Positions 14,835-28,356 of a stretch of DNA of 57,082 bases are shown here, piece by piece. The notes beneath the pieces were generated by a model that was not told the DNA's origin, did no database searches, and was given only the letters and a program-made list of their open reading frames with translations. Each line of letters begins with the position of its first letter. Within the stretch, counting starts at the first letter, position 1. Origin of the DNA: Parasitella parasitica NRRL 2501 (lineage: Eukaryota > Fungi > Mucoromycota); assembly GCA_025201805.1 (NCBI GenBank), contig MU619290.1:1-57082 (forward strand), in the 5' to 3' direction. Position numbers and translations under genes: made by a program.

Positions 14835-14959
14835 TGATAATATGAAGTTATAAGAAAAGGAGAACAATTAAAAAGGGGACAAAACCCACAAAAAATATGC
14901 ACACACATTTGACGACACAAGAGTTACACTGTTCGAAAACATGTCACTTCAGCCGCTGT

Positions 14960-15841
14960 TTATTGCCCAAATTTACTAGTCAATTGGTGGTTTTCTCCAA
15001 TGACAAACGGGATTGTTGCCCTCTGATAGTAGTCTGCATATAGTTCAATGTTGTTAATAACTGTGTCCAATAGATGAGCTTGTCCTGATACTACTCCAGG
15101 GGCGTCAGAAAATGCAACTGCGGTTATATGCACATGGAAATGATAGTAGGATGGTTGATAATGAATGAACAAGCGCAGCTGGTGCGGTAATAATTTAGCC
15201 TTCTCTTCAACAAGTCTGTAACTGGTATCCCGCAATTCTTTTAAGAATCCCAAATGCTGGCGTGTTAGTGATCGCAGCGATAGAATATCTGAGCGCATGG
15301 ATATAGCAACCCAATATAAAGTTTCGTTACGACCGTCCCATTTCATATCTGGCAAAATGACAAACCCTTTATCAGGGTCACGGTCATGGTAGATTACCCT
15401 CTCGACTTCAGCTGATCCGTCCAAAATGTTGTGCACCCATGCAGTGCGCTTTTCAGGAATGCTTTTGATGTAGGGAACTGTGATTGTTTGGTATAGCTCA
15501 GGTGTCTCTACAAGCATTACGCGATATTGTGCTTCGTATTTCGCAATGTGGACGTCTGTGGCGGGGAAGATTGTTTTGATACGAGTGTCAGGCTCTTTGC
15601 TCTCCACTTGGGCCATACACCAGCCATAAATGTTGTTTTCAACCGTATCGTTCATAGTGTCATTGTTGACAGACTGTGTTAAAGTGGGGATCACAGTGTC
15701 ATCGTATTGGTTTTTCTCAAACGATACAATGCAATCTTGGCCTTCAACCTGTCCCAGTACATAGACCAATTTCGTTCTCGTATCGTTGGATAGCACACGA
15801 ATGAACTGAAATTTTGATAGTATGTTTTTTAGATTGGACAT
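14960..15841 (-). CDS. DCS1: m7GpppX scavenger decapping enzyme (DcpS/Dcs1, HIT family)
   Basis: HYQPSYYHFHVHI HIT motif, GFVILPDMKWD, ETPELYQTIT; single exon; start at MSNLK (15841). Confidence 0.95.
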   Translation of the reverse strand: MSNLKNILSKFQFIRVLSNDTRTKLVYVLGQVEGQDCIVSFEKNQYDDTVIPTLTQSVNNDTMNDTVENNIYGWCMAQVESKEPDTRIKTIFPATDVHIAKYEAQYRVMLVETPELYQTITVPYIKSIPEKRTAWVHNILDGSAEVERVIYHDRDPDKGFVILPDMKWDGRNETLYWVAISMRSDILSLRSLTRQHLGFLKELRDTSYRLVEEKAKLLPHQLRLFIHYQPSYYHFHVHITAVAFSDAPGVVSGQAHLLDTVINNIELYADYYQRATIPFVIGENHQLTSKFGQ

Positions 15842-16386
15842 CTTAATGTTGAGTGGAACGTTAGAAAAGAGGAACGTGTTGTTTTGGGAGTGTTTCACAC
15901 CATTATTCCTAGTTGGACTTTGAAGATTGTACCACATCACCATGCTTTTACTACATTTAAGCAGTATAAATCTTAGAATTAAGAAAATTTAGCAGACATT
16001 TCTGAGCCGTCGTATTTTCGCAAAACTTTCTACAATAACATGCATAGACTCAAAATTTTTATTTGTCAAAAGGCAGTAAAATTTGTCCAAAATTATGGCC
16101 ATTTGAACAAAAGCGCACCTATGAGGCATATTACATCCTACATGTATAAATAGGATCTATGGGATTAGTTTTTACACATATTAGTGATATGTACCTTGCA
16201 AACTTTTATAGGCATAATCGTCAATGGACTATACAATGTAAATCCACAGAAAAAGAAAGAGTATACAATTGAGTCGAAGTTTAAAGCGAAGTTTGAAAAG
16301 AGGTTTGTTTGAAACCAACAGAGACAGCAAATGATTATCGTTTTCGAAATTTTACTTTGTCTCTTAAAAAATACAATTTGTCGGTT

Positions 16387-16822
16387 TCATTGTAAAATTT
16401 TCATATAGGTATAAGTGAAATGTTTATTAAAGTAAGCAGCTAATTGGAAATTTGTTTTGTTATAGCATTTGACGATTTGGCGCTTGGAGTGTCTACAGAA
16501 TCCCTGGAGATCACTGAGACGTACGCTGTTACACGCATCTGTAATTCTTTGCAACAGATTTTCTTCATTCATCAACTTTCGGCGCTTCATTTTTCCTTTT
16601 ACAAGAGCCCAAAACTGCTCAATTGGGTTCAGCTCTGGCGAACAAGATAAATACATTACTCTATAGCCTCTATTCTCATTTTTTCTTATTATTGGATGAG
16701 ACTTGTGAATAGTACAATTATCCACTACGATATAACTACAATATGGCCTCCGTCCATGTCCATGATATTAAGAAGCTCATTTATGAATTTTATAAAATGA
16801 GCAGTGGTTGTACCCTTTGGTA
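16387..16822 (-). pseudogene. Tc1/IS630 DDE_3 transposase 3' remnant
   Basis: PKGTTTAHF...DNCTIHK...YL-SPELNPIEQFW (second D and E region); degraded, missing the usual PPY. Confidence 0.9.
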
Positions 16823-17163
16823 ATCACTTGTTGTTCTCACTACTCTCCTCAATGTCATCGTACTCTTTAGGCGTTTCACTAGTATTATTAAGATTAAAAG
16901 TAAGCTTTCTAACGCACGTTGTTATAAAAAGCCTGAGATAACAAAATAAAGTGTAACTTAAATCTATATTACTATCTAGGCAAAAACCTTATTTGTGCTT
17001 ACCATACAATGATTAGGAGTGTATTTAATTACAGTATTGCTTTAAAAAATGCAGATGTTTTATTATTGAAAAAAAAAGCCCCCAACCCTACCCAACCATC
17101 CAAAAACCAACCAAAGGGTATGCTTAAGAGAAAGAGATAAAGAAAAAGTATAAGAAAAAAAGA

Positions 17164-18924
17164 CTAATCACTGTCGCCTTCATCATCGTTATTTTCCTCG
17201 TCATTTTCATCATTAACGTCTTCCTGGTCTTCATCATCGTCGTCATCTTCATCATCGTCGTCATTTTCATCATCGTCGTCATCTTCATTATCGTTGACCT
17301 CGTCTTCCAATTCATCTTCTTCTACATTGTCCCAGACAACCTTGCTGGTACCATATTCTTTTTGTTTTACTGTGGTATTACTTATACAATCGTCAATACA
17401 TTTTCGTTTTTTTCCTCTACAAGCTTGCTTTTTTATCGCTTCACATATCGCCTACAAAAGTATTGTCAGCAATATTCAAAACAATTTTTTTTTTATACTT
17501 ACAACGAGATCCAAAAGACCATTTGCGACTTCAATTGATTCTTTAGCAAAGTTATTCAGGTTTGAGGGAAAAGTTATTGTTTTTACCTTTTTGGTAATAT
17601 AAAAACTATTAGATTTTAAAAATACGATACATAAGTGCATTTCAAAACCCATAGCAATAAGGTAAGGAATGTAGACACAGTCTTTTTCTTGATTGATTGC
17701 GTTCTTATTTATCACCGAGTTAAGCAAGGCTTTTGAAGCTACAACAGTCTTTCTTTTATCTTTGAAGTATTTGGGTGTTGAACATTCTTTCGCGACTTCA
17801 CCATAGCCATGGTCTTGAAGTTTAGAGTTGTTGATTGTTATTAATCTGAGGTCCATTTTCATTTTTACCCCTAACGAAAGTAAAGATCCAGGGATCGTAT
17901 CACCCCTAAAAAAAAGAGTTCTTGAATGAGAACATAGGTCGCGTAAAATGCAACAAATTAGTATATTACTAATGGGGGATGATGGAGGAATTTTTGAAGG
18001 CCTTTTCAACCAATGGCCCCCAGAACTTGACAACATAATCACATTCAGAGTACGACTTGATAAGTGAGCTCTCAAAAAGGTAAGCTTCTTCTAGATGCTT
18101 TTTAATCCTATTCTCGTAATAAAGTCTGTACATACTTGCAGTCAGCCAAATCATTTAGATACTTACAGAAACTTAAGGACTGAGACGGAAGTAGTAGTGT
18201 CTCTGTCTTTCTTTGCAATGGTTTTTAGTTGATTAAGAGATAATTGTAGTCCCCTATTTGTTGTTTTAATGCTCTAAAAAAGGATGAGTTTATTGAACAA
18301 ATAGTTACTTTCAGATTTTTACCTTGACATGCTTCATTACGTGGTCAAGCTCTTTTTCGTCGAACTCAGGACCCTTAGAGGATTCAACAATAGTATTTCT
18401 TAAGTTTGGTGACAACAGCATGAGGGGCGAGCCAGGGCTTGTATCTGATATGTCAAGTATATGATTTCTTGATAGTCTTCAAGTGTACGTGTTAGAATAA
18501 AAAGTATTTTTTTTAAAAAAAAAACGTTACGTTTTGTAATATAGAGTTTTGTAATTTGTAGGCTTTGTGTGACTTATTGAATTAAACATAGACTTCACAT
18601 CGTCAAACTGAAGAGGCGCGTCAGCGAGAGTAATTAGTGTTTAATCCGTTAGTACCTACGTGCTTTGGCTTCTTCTCCGTTTTCTTCTGCTTGCTCTTTA
18701 AAATATAGATGAGAAACTAGGTCGTCAGTTCAAAAAGCTGTTAAAAGGTTTACCTTTAATGCTTTTCTCTACTTGAAATTTGCCAATTAGTTTTTTGTAA
18801 CGATAAAATTAATGATAAATAACTATACTTGTTCTGAAATTGCCTTCTCTTGAGCCTCTGCATAAAAGAGCTCTCTGTTTTTCGCGTTCTTGATAAGTTT
18901 TTTATTTAACTTATTGGTGGACAT
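17164..18924 (-). pseudogene. PD-(D/E)xK nuclease-like gene #1 (multi-exon, acidic tail), with an apparent in-frame TAG
   Basis: SECDYVVKFWGPL...H[W>*]GDT...KMDLRLI...GYGEVAK...KYFKDKRK; canonical introns; D/E-rich tail ends at TAG 17164; splicing 17969/17906 creates TA|G. Confidence 0.65.
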
Positions 18925-19155
18925 TTTTATTGAAGAGTGAAGAAAGAAGGATAATACTAAGCGCTCTGAATCCGCACTCCAAAATATTTTCGGTGACGTG
19001 ATGATAAATTTTGGTGACTTAGTCAAATAGCAAATCCCCTTAGTAGTGATATTTTAATAATTTCTGGTTTTTGATGACGTATGCTAACACGAAAAGTCTG
19101 TTTTCAAATTAGAAGAAAAAGCTGTTTCCCTTGTTTTAAATTTCATCTAATGCTC

Positions 19156-19682
19156 CAATATTAGATTGAACTTGTGGCAAGAAAAGCGACATCAACGCCT
19201 CTTGTTGCAAGCAGTAGATCTAGCTACTTGTGTTTGATATTGTTGTGTGAGTGTTTTGGTGTGATCTGCAGTCAGTAGCAGTTATTGGGTTGATGTACCG
19301 TGCTGCCAAACATCGCTAGACATTGAACGCTGTCTCTTTTGACGGGTTGATTGTAGGTTCGCATCATAGTTTTCCTATCGGAATACAAAGGTAAGAAGAA
19401 ACCAAGTTTATATTCAGATATATTTATTGACTAGTTGCACACTGTCTTGAACACATTTTGTAGTGGGCATATGCATAAATACACGCAGCAATATCAGACT
19501 GAACTTGTGGCAAGAAAAGCGACATCAACGCCTCTTGTTGCAAGCAGTAGATCTAGCTACTTGTGTTTGATATTGTTGTGTGAGTGTCTTGGTGTGATCT
19601 GCAGTCAGTAGCAGTTATTGGGTTGATGTACCGTGCTGCCAAACATCGCTAGACATTGAACGCTGTCTCTTTTGACGGGTTG
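19156..19682. repeat. Two ~194-bp direct repeats (19156-19349, 19489-19682), period 333 bp, unique ~139-bp spacer
   Basis: Near-identical copies CAATAT(T/C)AGA(T/C)TGAACTTGTGG...GACGGGTTG with about 3 substitutions. Confidence 0.95.
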
Positions 19683-20064
19683 GCTGCAAGTCCTACACCT
19701 TAGCTGCTGTTACGAAACTGGTTGGCTAAACGTGGTTCTTTCAACGCGAATTGACCTTTTTTTAATTTATTAAAAAGTGCTTTTTGGACAACTTGACTCC
19801 ATGAGGCCAACCCTAAAGATACAATTTTGACCACAAATACTTTTTGGAGGACTATTGGACAAAATATTCACTCATCTCTATTCCCAACAACTTTGTGATA
19901 AATAAAAAATAGTTGCCTCACAAGTATTCCCTGTTAAAGTTTGTCGGCCTTGTAGGCTCACTTGCTAAAACTAAAAATAAAATAAATTGAACTCTGATTG
20001 ACAATGGATGGGCCATGCCTTTATAAATAACTAGAGGCTTTTTTTATCGTATCTTTTGCTGTAG

Positions 20065-20230
20065 TTTCTTTTTCTGCAGATTTGAGATTCTCAAGTAGGA
20101 CTTTTGGCTCGTTATGTTTCGAGTATTACGTTTGGATCACTGATTTCAGTCAAAACATCTTCCATTGGATCGAAAATTTTTTCTCCCTTTTCATTATAGA
20201 CATTCTCGTGTCCATCTTCGTAGAGAAATG
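20065..20230 (-). pseudogene. Probable 5' remnant of the same Tc1 transposase
   Basis: Reads FLYEDGHENVYNEKG...DPNVILET* just inside the right TIR on the same strand; resembles the N-terminus of Mucorales Tc1-like transposases as I recall them. Confidence 0.5.
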
Positions 20231-20610
20231 CGCTCTTTATGATAATAGTTAGTTATAGGAGCGAAAATAAAGGATTAAAGCATTTACATCACAGCTGACA
20301 ATAACTCTCACTAACGCCAAAATGACTTGCCTCAAAAAGACAAAATATAATTTCGAAAACGATAATCATTTGCTAACAAACGACCAATCATTTTTTAGGT
20401 AGCGCCATTTATTTTTAGATAATCGCCATTTATTTTTTCAAAACGGACAAAATTTACCAGCCGCATTGTATCAGCCTTGAAGTTACGTTTATAAATGTGT
20501 TGCGTTTAAAAATTTGTGTGTATCTTTCTATAGTGTTTGCGTGTCTATTACCTCCTTTATTATTTTATTTATTTATTTTTTTAAAAAAAGGAGAAGGGAG
20601 AGGATGAGAA

Positions 20611-23600
20611 ATGTCTTTTATACGAAATAAAACTGTAAATAAGCGGTCTATCTCCAAAAACCAATACAAGCAAATGAAAGAAAATGAGGATCATCATCAG
20701 CAAAATGAAAATGAAGAAGCATCGATTTCTTCTGGGTCCCCTTTCATGTCTTTCAGCCCAAAGCAAAATATCGAAGTATCTCGTCGTTATACACAAAAAC
20801 AACCACCACCGACCGTAGCAGAATTTATGACAGAATTCGAGCAGGAAAGACGACCTTCTTTCACAGTAAAATCTTCAAGTATCAAGTCGAATCATTCCGA
20901 TTTACCCAATGCAGATGAAGATAGTATGGCATCATATGAGGACATTGAAGATTTCTCGGATACAGCCAGATTAACAATTAATGCGTCTGATATGGATGGT
21001 TTCCATGGCAACCAGGGGAATGGCAGTAGTAGGGATCAAAATAGATTAGCCGTTGCCATGGACGACGACCTTGATTCACAGCAAATTTACAACACCAGTA
21101 TCAATAGCAATAGAGCATCGTTTCAACAAGGGCGTCCTATTAGTAGAATTTACGAGCCAGCACCCATAGACCCGAAAGTAGATCAAAGAAATAGAAAGTT
21201 GCAAAGGATTCTTTATTTTGACAAAAAGGCGTACGCTAAAAGTGTGTCGAGAGGAATTCGACGAGTATCAAAGAGAGTTGTTAATGTGCACAACGACTAC
21301 AACCCAGATACTCTTGCATCTCAGCCCCAACAGCCACAGCCACAGCCACAACAGCAAAATCAACAGCAAAAAACATTGACAGATCAAGATACGTTCATGA
21401 ATAAAAGAGCAAGGCATAATGCAGACGACGGTGATTCAGATACCTCTTCCGACATAAATGAAGTGATACCCATGACTCGAACATCTTCGAATAGCAAGAC
21501 ACGGATCTTAAATACCTCATCATCATCTACATCACAAAGTAGTAGTAATAGTAGTATAAATCAAAAAGATACCAAATACAACATCCAACTAGCTGGCAAT
21601 AGTTTGAGGCTATTGTCGCCTACAAATCCATTTCGACTCTTTTTTGCCAAGATTTTATATTGCAAGTATGTGGCTGTTTTTACAGGACTTTAATGCTTGG
21701 AACTAACCTTCACTAAAGATGGTTCGAAACGTTCATTATGCTTTTGATTGTTTTGCATGGAACAGTATTATTAGTCGTAGGATGGGGAGCAAATCCATTT
21801 CCAGCACCACCAAGTCACTGGACACCTACTTGGGATCAGGTTATACTACTCGTTATATTTTCAATCTATACCCTCTCGACATTTTGCCGCATTATTGTCT
21901 ATGGCGTATTTATTAATTCTACGCCAAACTCAAAGACAGCATTTCTAAGGCATAGTTGGAATAGGGTGGACATTGTATCTATTGTGTCTTACTGGATTGA
22001 TCTAGCATTGCTATTAACTCAACAAGAAATTGTCGATGAAAGTAGAAGGATATTGGTTTTCAAGATGTTGTCTAGTCTTGTGCTACTCAGACTATTGAAT
22101 TTGACAGACGGTAGCCGAGTCATCCTCAACAGTCTAAAGAAGGCAGCACCTCTTTTAGTCAATGTCTTGTTCTTTGTGCTATTTTTCTTTGTTATATTTG
22201 CGTAAGATCGATTCAAATGCATGTAATCGCCACTATTCAACTTGTTATCTGCAGTATTGTAGGCGTTCAGTCTTTCAAGGGATCCTTTCGAAGGCATTGT
22301 GTATGGCACGGTAAGCATAAAAATTGTGACAGATTCAAACATGTAATTAATTTTGTGATTTTTTTTTTCAAGATCCTAAAAATTCAAGCAATATTCAAGA
22401 GTTACAGCAATACTGTGGTGGGTATATAAATGCTTCTGGCTATACGGTGCCCTATTTATTACAAGACGGATCCCAAGCACCTTGGTCGAAAGGATTTATC
22501 TGTGAGGCTGGATTGACATGTGAAGTAATGGTTTTAGGTTTTTGCTTTTTGTATCACCTTTTATGCTAACCTCAGACTGATATAGGAAACCGAGAATCCG
22601 TTTGGAGGTACAATCAGCTTTGATAACATATTCTCGTCCATGCTGTTGGTGATGATTATTACGGGTGGTACGTGTGTTTTGAATGGTAAATAAATAGCCA
22701 GCGTGTACTCAGGTTGGTAATAGTGCAATCGTGGACGGACAGGATGTATGATATGATGGACGCAGAGTACTTTGTGGCTAGTCTCTATTTCATCATTATT
22801 GTCATTGTCATGAATTTCTGGCTTATCAATCTTTTCATTGCCGTGATCACTGAGATGTTTGCCAAAGTCCGAGAAGATTCACAGCACTCTGCATTCACAA
22901 ACTCGACGGCCAAACCAGCGTTGGCAGATGCGAATGAGGAAGGAATGTGGGCATATTCTGAGCATAGCGAAGCTCAAGGGAAGCAGCTGAAAAAAAACTC
23001 GTCCTTGGCACTGCTTGTCAAGTACATGAATCCGTTTTGGATAGTTTTGGTTGTTGTGGATTTGCTGTGCATGGCATCAAAGAACAATGACATGTCTGAT
23101 GAAGAAATTGCAGCATTAAATATGGCAGAGACAATATTCTCAATTGCATTTTTGTTTGAAATCTTGGTGCGCATGCTGCATCAAAGAAAGGATTTGAAAG
23201 GATTCTTCAAAAACAAGATGAATTCAACTGATCTACTGATTGCAGTTATCACTTGCATCATTCAGATACCTCTTATCCAAAAGAATGTGTACGTATATGT
23301 GTGGTTTACGGGTTTTCAAGTACTGCGTATTTATCGGTTGGTTGTGGCAGTGCCTAGACTAAGGAAATTGATGGTAAGTTGACATGCCAAAAATGGCGGA
23401 AAATAACTAGGAATTCTAATGCGGTTGGTAGTCTCGCGTATTAGGTAGCGTGTATGGTCTCATCAATCTGTCGTTCTTTATCGTTCTGGCTACTTTATTA
23501 TGTGCAATCATTGCTTTTCAACTGTTTGAAGGCGTAATCAATGAGCTGGGCGATGAAACAGAAATGAGGTTTTTTTCTGTTTATAATTCATTCGTCTCGC

Positions 23601-26600
23601 TCTACCAGGTAGACTTTTTTAAATGCTATAGTAAAAGCCAAACGTACGTATGCTAAGCGATTTTGTTTAGTTATTTTCTGGTGAAGACTGGACAACAGTG
23701 CTATACAATGTAATGGAAGCAGGCTCAAAAAACAACAATGCTGTTATCTATGCTTTATTTCTGGTATTCTGGTTTGCGTTTTCCAACTGTAAGTTCCTTA
23801 CAAATGTGCTTTCGCAAAATCTTAATAACTAATATTTGCATTTTGTGTAGTCGTGCTAGTTAATCTATTCATTGCAGTACTAATGGAAAATTTTGAAATT
23901 GCTGAAGAAGATAAAAGAAAGCGTCAAGTTTTGCAGTTCATGGAGAAAACAGAGAATGAATTGGGCCAGAAAACAGTTGTCAGCCGCTGGAATATATACA
24001 GATACTTTAAACCGAAAGCCAAAGGATTAGATATCAAGAATATATCCAGTAACCTTGTATTATCAGTCCAGAAGAACATTGTCCGTGAATTTATGAACGA
24101 GGCAACCGATGCAAATGCAAATGACCTCACTTTACAATCATCAAAAACCCGTGAACAGGTTGATCAACAGCAGCAACAAATAGGCGTGTTTTCAAAGATA
24201 AAGAATCTTCTCGGTGGGCTGTATGCAGACAGTGGTAGTAAACTCGAGCAACAGCGCAACCAGCGTAATAGAGAAAGTTTGTACATCGACCCCTCAAACG
24301 TATTCGACCAAGCTGGCACGTTCTATGATTCCAAAAAAACCGATATCAATGAGCCGCGTTCGTTGCGATATCTAGTTGATCCAACATTGAGAGATACAGT
24401 AGCCAACAGATATCAGCAAGAAACAACAGACTTGGATCTTGAAGAACGAAAGGCGCTGAAAAGAGACTTCATCGCGTCTCACCCGTCATATGATAAGTCC
24501 CTGTATATTTTTTCACCTAGCCATCGTCTTCGAAGATGGTGCCAGTTGATTGTCCAGCCTAGTCGTGGCGAGCGTATCTTTGGTACGCCTGCTTCTAAAT
24601 GGGGGAGCATTACATTTCTGACCATCATTACTTGCTGTGTCATCATCAATGTAGTGTTGACAATTTACAACTCGCCTGTCTACCAGTTTGAAAATCGCAA
24701 TAACCCATCAGCTGTGATGCCTTTTGTCTATGTGGATTGGGCATTCACTGTTATTTTTAGTGTCGAGTTTGCAATCAAGGTGGTTGCCGATGGTCTCATT
24801 CTCTCCCCCAACGCGTACATGCTGAACGGCTGGAACATATTGGATTTATTCGTCTTGATTACCCTCTACATGTCGAATTTTGGTAATTTCGCTGCAGCAA
24901 CTGGCTTGGAACGAGGCTTCCGTGCATTCAAAGCTTTGAGGGCACTTCGTCTCATCAATCTCCTTGGCTCTGCTAAAGAAACATTCACTGCCATTCTTGT
25001 CACAGGCCTTCCGCAGATTCTCGATGCTGCCGTGTTGGGTTTATGTCTTATTGTGCCGTTTGCTCTATACGGACAAAACGTATTCATGGGGTTATTCTAC
25101 AATTGCAACGATGGAGATAACAACAAGCCTGAGTGCATGTTTGAAAGTATGTTGGGTGTACAGGAACCAATGCCAGAAGACTCTGAAATCTATATGCCTC
25201 GTATTTGGGATAACCCTTACGTCTATAGCTTTGATTCTTTTTGGAAATCGTTGTTGATTCTGTTCGAAATTGCCAGTGGTGAGGGCTGGATTGATGTTTT
25301 AACAACCAGCATGGGCATCACAGGTAAAGATCTCGCTCCTGAGCAAGATGCGAGTCAGCTGTGGGGCATTTTCTTTATGGTGTACAACCTAGCAGGCTCT
25401 GTCTTTGTGATTTCGTTGTTTCTTGGTGTGGTTATCGAAAATTTCACAAAGAGAAATGGAACGGCATATCTTACCAGTGATCAACGACGCTGGCTTGATC
25501 TTAAGAAACTGCTCAATCAGTTCAGACCAGCCAAACGACCAAAGAGCATTCCTGTAAATCGAATTCGTAGGATATGCTTTAACCTAACAGTAGAAAAGAG
25601 AGGCAGATTCTACAAGTTTATGACCCTTGTCATTTCCTTAAACATCTTGTTCCTGTGCACCGATGCTGTGTATGATGTAAACGATGTTGACAACGGAGAA
25701 ACAGGCTGGAGCCGTATTAAAGGTAACAAGAATCATAGATGTAGATAGCAGGTTGTTCTGATGCTCTGCTATCCGTAGTTTATGTTTATCTGCTGTTTAT
25801 ATTCGTATACTGGATGGAGATCACAATCAAATTACTGGGCCTGGGATGGAAGTCCTTTCGTAGAAACCTTTGGAATCTGTTTGATCTGACCATGGTCGTC
25901 GGCAGCTTTATCACTGCTGTTATCACATTGGGAAACCCTAATTTGCAGGTGAATGTGGAATCACAGAAACTATTCATGACGGCGCTATGCTTTAAATTAG
26001 TGCAAAGAAGTGATAGTTTGAATCAGTTGTTTACAACCATGGCGTATGTAGCGCATCATGTTGTTCCACAGCAGATGAATTAACCCATTTTTATATAGTG
26101 CATCTTCGTATCAAATCCTAAATGTGTTTGCAGTGTGGTTTGTTGTGCTAGTGACCTATGCAATCATGTTTATGCAAATATTTGGTCTTACAAAATACGG
26201 CCCCAATGCGACTACCGAGCACATCAACTTTAGGTCATTTGCAAATACACTGATTTCACTCGTGCGCTATTCAACTGGGTAACTTTAAGGAGATATCAAT
26301 TATATCCGTTACTAATGCCTTTGTTACAGCGAGGGTTGGAACTCGATTATGCACGACTTCACTGTTGAACATCCAAACTGTGTTTTAGCAGACAACTATC
26401 TAGACTCTGACTGCGGCTCACTTCGCTGGTCGTACTTTCTGTTCCTGACGTTCAATATCATTTCTATGTACATCTTTATTGCTATTTTCGTTGCCGTGGT
26501 AGCTGATAACTTTTCGTATGTTTACCAAATCAAAGCAAACTTTTCTTTGGTCAACCGAGACGAAATTAGAAAATTCAAAATGACATGGGCATCGATCGAC

Positions 26601-27767
26601 ACGGAGAGAACAGGTTACGTTAAGCCCAATGAATACATGACATTATTTAGGGTAAGTTTGTACAAGTAAATACATACACGATGCTAATACTAACTATGTG
26701 TACACTTTTATAAAGAGACTGGACGGTATCTTTACTGTCCGCATTTTTGAGCCTGAATACTCCTACAGGGCTCTTGTAAAAGAATGCAGCGTCAACGGCG
26801 TAGGAAATGCAAATAGCGATCCGTATCAACATCACTTGGATTTGAGAGCATTAAACGCAAAATTAAATCAACTAGAGAAGCGAGATCTGCACACCAAACG
26901 ACGAAATTTAGAAAAGATATACTGGGTAAGTGAGGAATCCAACAATAGTTGCGTTGTAGCAATCTGACATGTGATACAACCCATTACAGGAAACCGCATT
27001 AGTGGAATCTACTTCCCGAGGTGTGTCGTTCAACCAAATGCTGCTGATGCTCGCGCAAAGAAAATTAATCGTACCTGAAAATGCTCTCATGTAAGTCTGC
27101 AGTGAAGAACATGAGTTTCAAACTGATGTATTTCGTAGTTTAGAAGAGCTACTAGAAAATCAGAAAAAGGAAAAGGCCATTCATACACTCAGTTCCATCG
27201 ATCGTGTGAGAGGGTTAATCGAGACTATTGCCCTGCGGAAAAAGTTTTTAAAGCATCTAGAAAGCAAGAAGCAAAGAGATGGTAATTTGGTTTTCTTGTG
27301 TAATATCATAGGATCTAATTTTCTATCATAGCCCCTCCTGCCATTATTATTGACAACCAAGACGTGGGACAATCTGCACTACCAATCATTGCAATAGATT
27401 CAAGGTCTTACAACGACGGTTCGGTTATATCTATAACAAACAGTGCAAAGTATGTAACGGCTTTTAAAAAATTGAGTTTACAAGCATTATTAATGTCTAT
27501 TGTCTAGTCATAGCCGTGCTTCCTTTAATGATCTGCATCTATCTAGTGACGAAGAAGATCTAGCAGAAGATGATAAAGATTTAGTGGATGAGGATGATGC
27601 AAACAGCGTTGGTAATAGCTCTCGAGCTGGTGATAGTATCATTGAAGATGCCGTCTCTCATGATATTTGGCAAGGTAAAAAGCAGATAGCTAGAATATAT
27701 GGATATCTTTGTGATGACTAACTGTTGGCCAACAATTTTAGAGATGCTAAGAGATGAATTTCAATGA
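20611..27767 (+). CDS. CCH1: Four-domain Ca2+ channel alpha subunit Cch1 (NALCN-related)
   Basis: Four 6TM repeats over many exons; pore motifs TGVQSWTD, FSGEDWT, ASGEGW, STGEGWN; S4-like RAFKALRALRL; YLTSDQRRW III-IV linker. Confidence 0.95.
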
Positions 27768-28305
27768 TGTATAGTATAATTTGAACTGTTATCTGGTGTA
27801 AAATCTACAAAAACCTTAAATATATATCCAATAATAGAATAAATAGTATATATACTAATCAAGCTAATGATTAGTACTATATTTTATAGCTTTTGTTAAA
27901 TATATATCAATTTGCGAGGTATATTTGGTCTCAGCGCTATTAAATCAATAATTAAAATTACCAAGCTACAAAGAGGATTGGGAATGCGGAACTGCACCAT
28001 TTACTCGTATAATTACCCAGTTTTTTTTTTGCATGTTTCTGTGGCAGATTGATCACAAACATTCCTAATTGCTCCTCAGTATATAAAAAAAATAATGTAA
28101 TAAATGCCTTGGTTTGACATATTTAGAGGCTATATCTGTCAACCTGATTAATCAATATACAGTTGTGTACAAAGATATCTTTTGGCCTAAAATCACAAGA
28201 ATTGCTGACTTTACCGTCTCAATTTGACACTTTTATAAGGTTAAAACGTAGTCGACATAGTCTTTGATGAGGGCTTGCAATTTCAAAAGTTGTGTACAAG
28301 TTTAC

Positions 28306-28315
28306 NNNNNNNNNN

Positions 28316-28355
<40 letters not shown>
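28306..28355. other. Assembly gap (10 N) followed by a poly-A run
   Basis: N at 28306-28315, A-run 28316-28355. Confidence 0.99.

Positions 28356-28356
<1 letters not shown>

Larger units (their letters stand above)
16326..20374 (-). mobile_element. Tc1/mariner element with 37-bp TIRs, transposase split by a ~3.2-kb cargo
   Basis: TIRs 16326-16362 and 20338-20374 (AGCAAATGATTATCGTTTTCGAAATT..., 35/37 identical as inverted copies); transposase 3' fragment next to the left TIR and a probable 5' fragment next to the right TIR. Confidence 0.8.

Noticed and set aside
17124-17315. MKMTTMMK repeat ORF
   Set aside because: Alternative frame of the Asp/Glu-rich tail of nuclease gene #1
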